A DNA stretch of 64,000 nt from Antedon mediterranea. Taxonomy: Eukaryota > Animalia > Echinodermata. Of this stretch, positions 61,191-64,000 are shown one piece after another. The notes under the pieces are model-generated. The model was not told the origin of the DNA. It made no database searches and was given only the letters and a program-made list of their open reading frames with translations. The translations under genes were made by a program, and so were the position numbers. The DNA lies in contig NC_092679.1 in the NCBI RefSeq assembly GCF_964355755.1, forward strand, positions 2,076,201 through 2,140,200, in the 5' to 3' direction. Within the stretch, counting starts at the first letter, position 1. Every line of letters begins with the position of its first letter.

Positions 61191-61950
61191 TACGTGTAGC
61201 ACACTAATACTTACGTGTAGCACACTAATTATTACGTGTAGCACACTAATACTTACGTGTAGAACACTAATACTCACGTGTAGCACACTAATACTTACGT
61301 GTAGCACACTAATACTTACGTGTAGCTCACTAATACTTACGTGTAGCACACTAATACTTACGTGTAGCACACTAATACTTACGTGTAGCACACTAATACT
61401 TACGTGTAGCTCACTAATACTTACGTGTAGCACACAATGTTTTCTACACAAATGGCCATATGCACACTACCGTACTAAGACATGCTACATTTACGAGAAA
61501 CAGACCCTAGACGTGTAGCATACGTTTACGTGTGGCACATATATTTACATGTAGCACACCATGTTTCATACAAACATTATTATGCACACTACGTACTAAG
61601 ACATGCTACATTTACGAGAAGCAGACGTGTAGCATACGTTCACGTGTGGCACATTATATTTACGCAATGTAGCAAGTTAATTTTACATGTAGCACACAAA
61701 TCTAAGTACAGTCCAGGTTAGTTAAGGTTATCCTGAAATAGACTGTTATTCAAGAATACACAATAATGTCATAGACATGCTACATTTGCGAGAAGCAGAC
61801 CCTAGACGTGTAGCATACGTTTACGTGTAGCACATTATATTTACGTAGTAGCAAGTTAATTTACACAACTTTAAGCTACGGTTTAGGTTATTTAAGGTTA
61901 TCATGAGAATAGACTATTATTCAAAAAGCACAATAATGTTATAGTACGCT
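61191..61950. repeat. 21-bp minisatellite x ~11 (61191-61435) followed by longer related duplications
   Basis: ACGTGTAGCACACTAATACTT array, then three AGACATGCTACATTT...AGACGTGTAGCATACGTT blocks. Confidence 0.88.
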
Positions 61951-62551
61951 TATTTTTAATTACACTTAATATTGATTGTGACCGGTGATAAATTAGGCGA
62001 TAGACTTGAACAAGTATATTAGAAAATGTTGTTAAATATTGCTAATGCCGGAGGAGCAACGTTAAGTCATAGGATTATATTACTTCATATACACATACAA
62101 ATCCAATGTTCAATTATTCGAGCACGAACCGGGTGGTAATAAAATAATTTGACGGCGTAATTAATATTTTCAATCAACACGTCTGTATTGGATTATGTAC
62201 GATGAATGGCAAACATGAATAACAAGCGTACAGACCGAAGGTTGGTTAGTAGAAATAAAAATGTTGACATTAAGTCGTCAACAAGCCTATTAAAAACAAC
62301 AATATATAGATATTTAAACTAGCAATATATCTTTAGCGTTAGAGTTGCATACATATGTCAATATATACACTGTAAGTATATTAAACAAGGCCATATACAT
62401 GGCTGCAGTCGATCGCGTGCGCAAATTTGAGTTAGTGTTTACCAACCGACCAACCGACCGACTAAAAACAAGACCACTCCGATGGCCAAGGTTCCAGTTT
62501 CTTTATAATAAGAAAAGTGCTCTTTCCTTTTTTTTTATGTTATTATTCTAA

Positions 62552-62673
62552 AGCTCTGTCTACACTATCAAACAAAAAAAGTGTAATGTGCCTAAATATG
62601 GTAGTGATATGACAACATCTATCCTGTCCATATATGGGCACATCACATAAAATTTGATAGTGCAGACAGAGCT
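62552..62673. mobile_element. MITE family A copy, TAA target duplication
   Basis: Full TIRs, TAA/TAA flanks. Confidence 0.85.
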
Positions 62674-63131
62674 TAATAATACTCTTCTTCAAATTAAAGA
62701 TAAAAGGTTAGTAATAATTCGTCATTTGGTATGACAAATTTGTAGTGCGCCGTGACTCATCGAGCACGTGATCAAACTACTTAATTACGTGAAATTATGT
62801 GGAATGAGTTCTTTGCATTCAGTACATCTTATATGAATGTTTGTAAGGAACAGGATTGGGGATAGGAAAACGAATACGATAGATTAAGTGAATTGATAAT
62901 TTTATACTTAAAGGTTGTTTAATTTGGATAACCGCGCAGCAATCTCTAGCTTTCAGAAATTGGGCAATGTCTCTGGTTAGAGACCCTACACCTTTACCCA
63001 GTGTGACGTGTATTCGAAAAGTCATTATCCAATATTCTAAGACTCACGCTTTCTTGTGGAAATTGCATTACATAATAAAATTACATAATTTTACCATGCA
63101 TGGGCTAAATTACACAATAGACGTCATTATA

Positions 63132-63168
<37 letters not shown>

Positions 63169-63517
63169 TATTTTTAGGAGCTACCTTACAATGCCAATTG
63201 ATAATTGCAAAATATCTTCTTTTCTGTTACCATTCCCTTTGTAAAATTAGGCATTACTGGTCTCTGTGTTATGCTGTTGTGCTGAAAATGGACCTGTCAT
63301 ATATTAGCTTCCACTAGAACCCTAAATTCATTACGCATCCTCCCCCCCCCCCACCCACCCCACCCCACTCCCTCAAATCCGTCGTCCCCTAAACACCAGC
63401 TTTCAAATATTTCAAACGATATTTGAAATAACAAATTGAAATTGAAGCTATAAAAATCATTATTATTAATAATAATTGTCCTTTTTATAGCGCCTAATCA
63501 AATTAAATTGTCTCTTA

Positions 63518-63697
63518 AGCGTGGTTCCCACTAGCGACGCAACACAAGGACGTAACGCAACGCAAGTGAATTGACCAAATCACAAGCGATGGCTTATTCG
63601 CTTGTGATTGCTAACTGTCTATAACTTCACTTGTCATTGGTTAAAACGCTTGCGTTGCGTTTACGTCCTTGCGTTACGTTCTGGTGGGAACGAGGCT
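63518..63697. mobile_element. MITE family B copy, TTA target duplication
   Basis: Full-length, TTA/TTA flanks. Confidence 0.9.
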
Positions 63698-63828
63698 TTA
63701 ACGCGCTACGAACTAGATGGAAATTACGTCATTTCATATGCTATGCGAAAGAGATGGGTTTTCAGCAACTGTTTGAAGATGTTAATATAATTGGCATTCT
63801 TGAATGATTGTGAAAGAGTATTTCATAA

Positions 63829-64000
63829 AGCGTGGTTCCCACTAGCGACGCAACACAAGGACGTAACGCAACGCAAGTGAATTGACCAATCACAAGCGAT
63901 GGCTTATTCGCTTGTGATTGCTAACTGTCTATAACTTCGCTTGTCATTGGTTAAAACGCTTGCGTTGCGTTTACGTCCTTGCGTTACGTTCTAGTGGGAA
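63829..64000. mobile_element. MITE family B copy (cut by the window edge)
   Basis: Essentially identical to the 51951 copy. Confidence 0.9.

Overview
AT-rich, intron-containing animal genomic DNA. It is probably a marine invertebrate deuterostome such as an echinoderm; this is inferred from gene content and a Deu/Nin-domain SINE. I spliced the genes by eye using GT-AG junctions and phase. In order: the 5' end of CFAP61 (-); three 17-exon M28B/GCPII-family type II membrane protein genes; a PPC/DUF296 gene (-); two tail-to-tail ACP7 purple acid phosphatases; EFCAB11 (+); and a large acidic secretory-type gene (-). Of the three M28B genes, the first (-) has all five zinc ligands replaced and resembles the transferrin receptor, while the other two (+) look catalytically intact. 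The acidic gene has a two-Cys loop, exon phases, dibasic sites and a C-terminal exon that match vertebrate chromogranin A/B. Introns carry many TWA-target MITEs of two families, LINE and SINE relics, minisatellites, a family of 30-36 bp CAGGG...CCCTG hairpin insertions with 7-bp target duplications, and about 35-40 TAGGCCTA motifs that behave like transposon footprints. All comparisons to reference proteins are from memory and need database confirmation.
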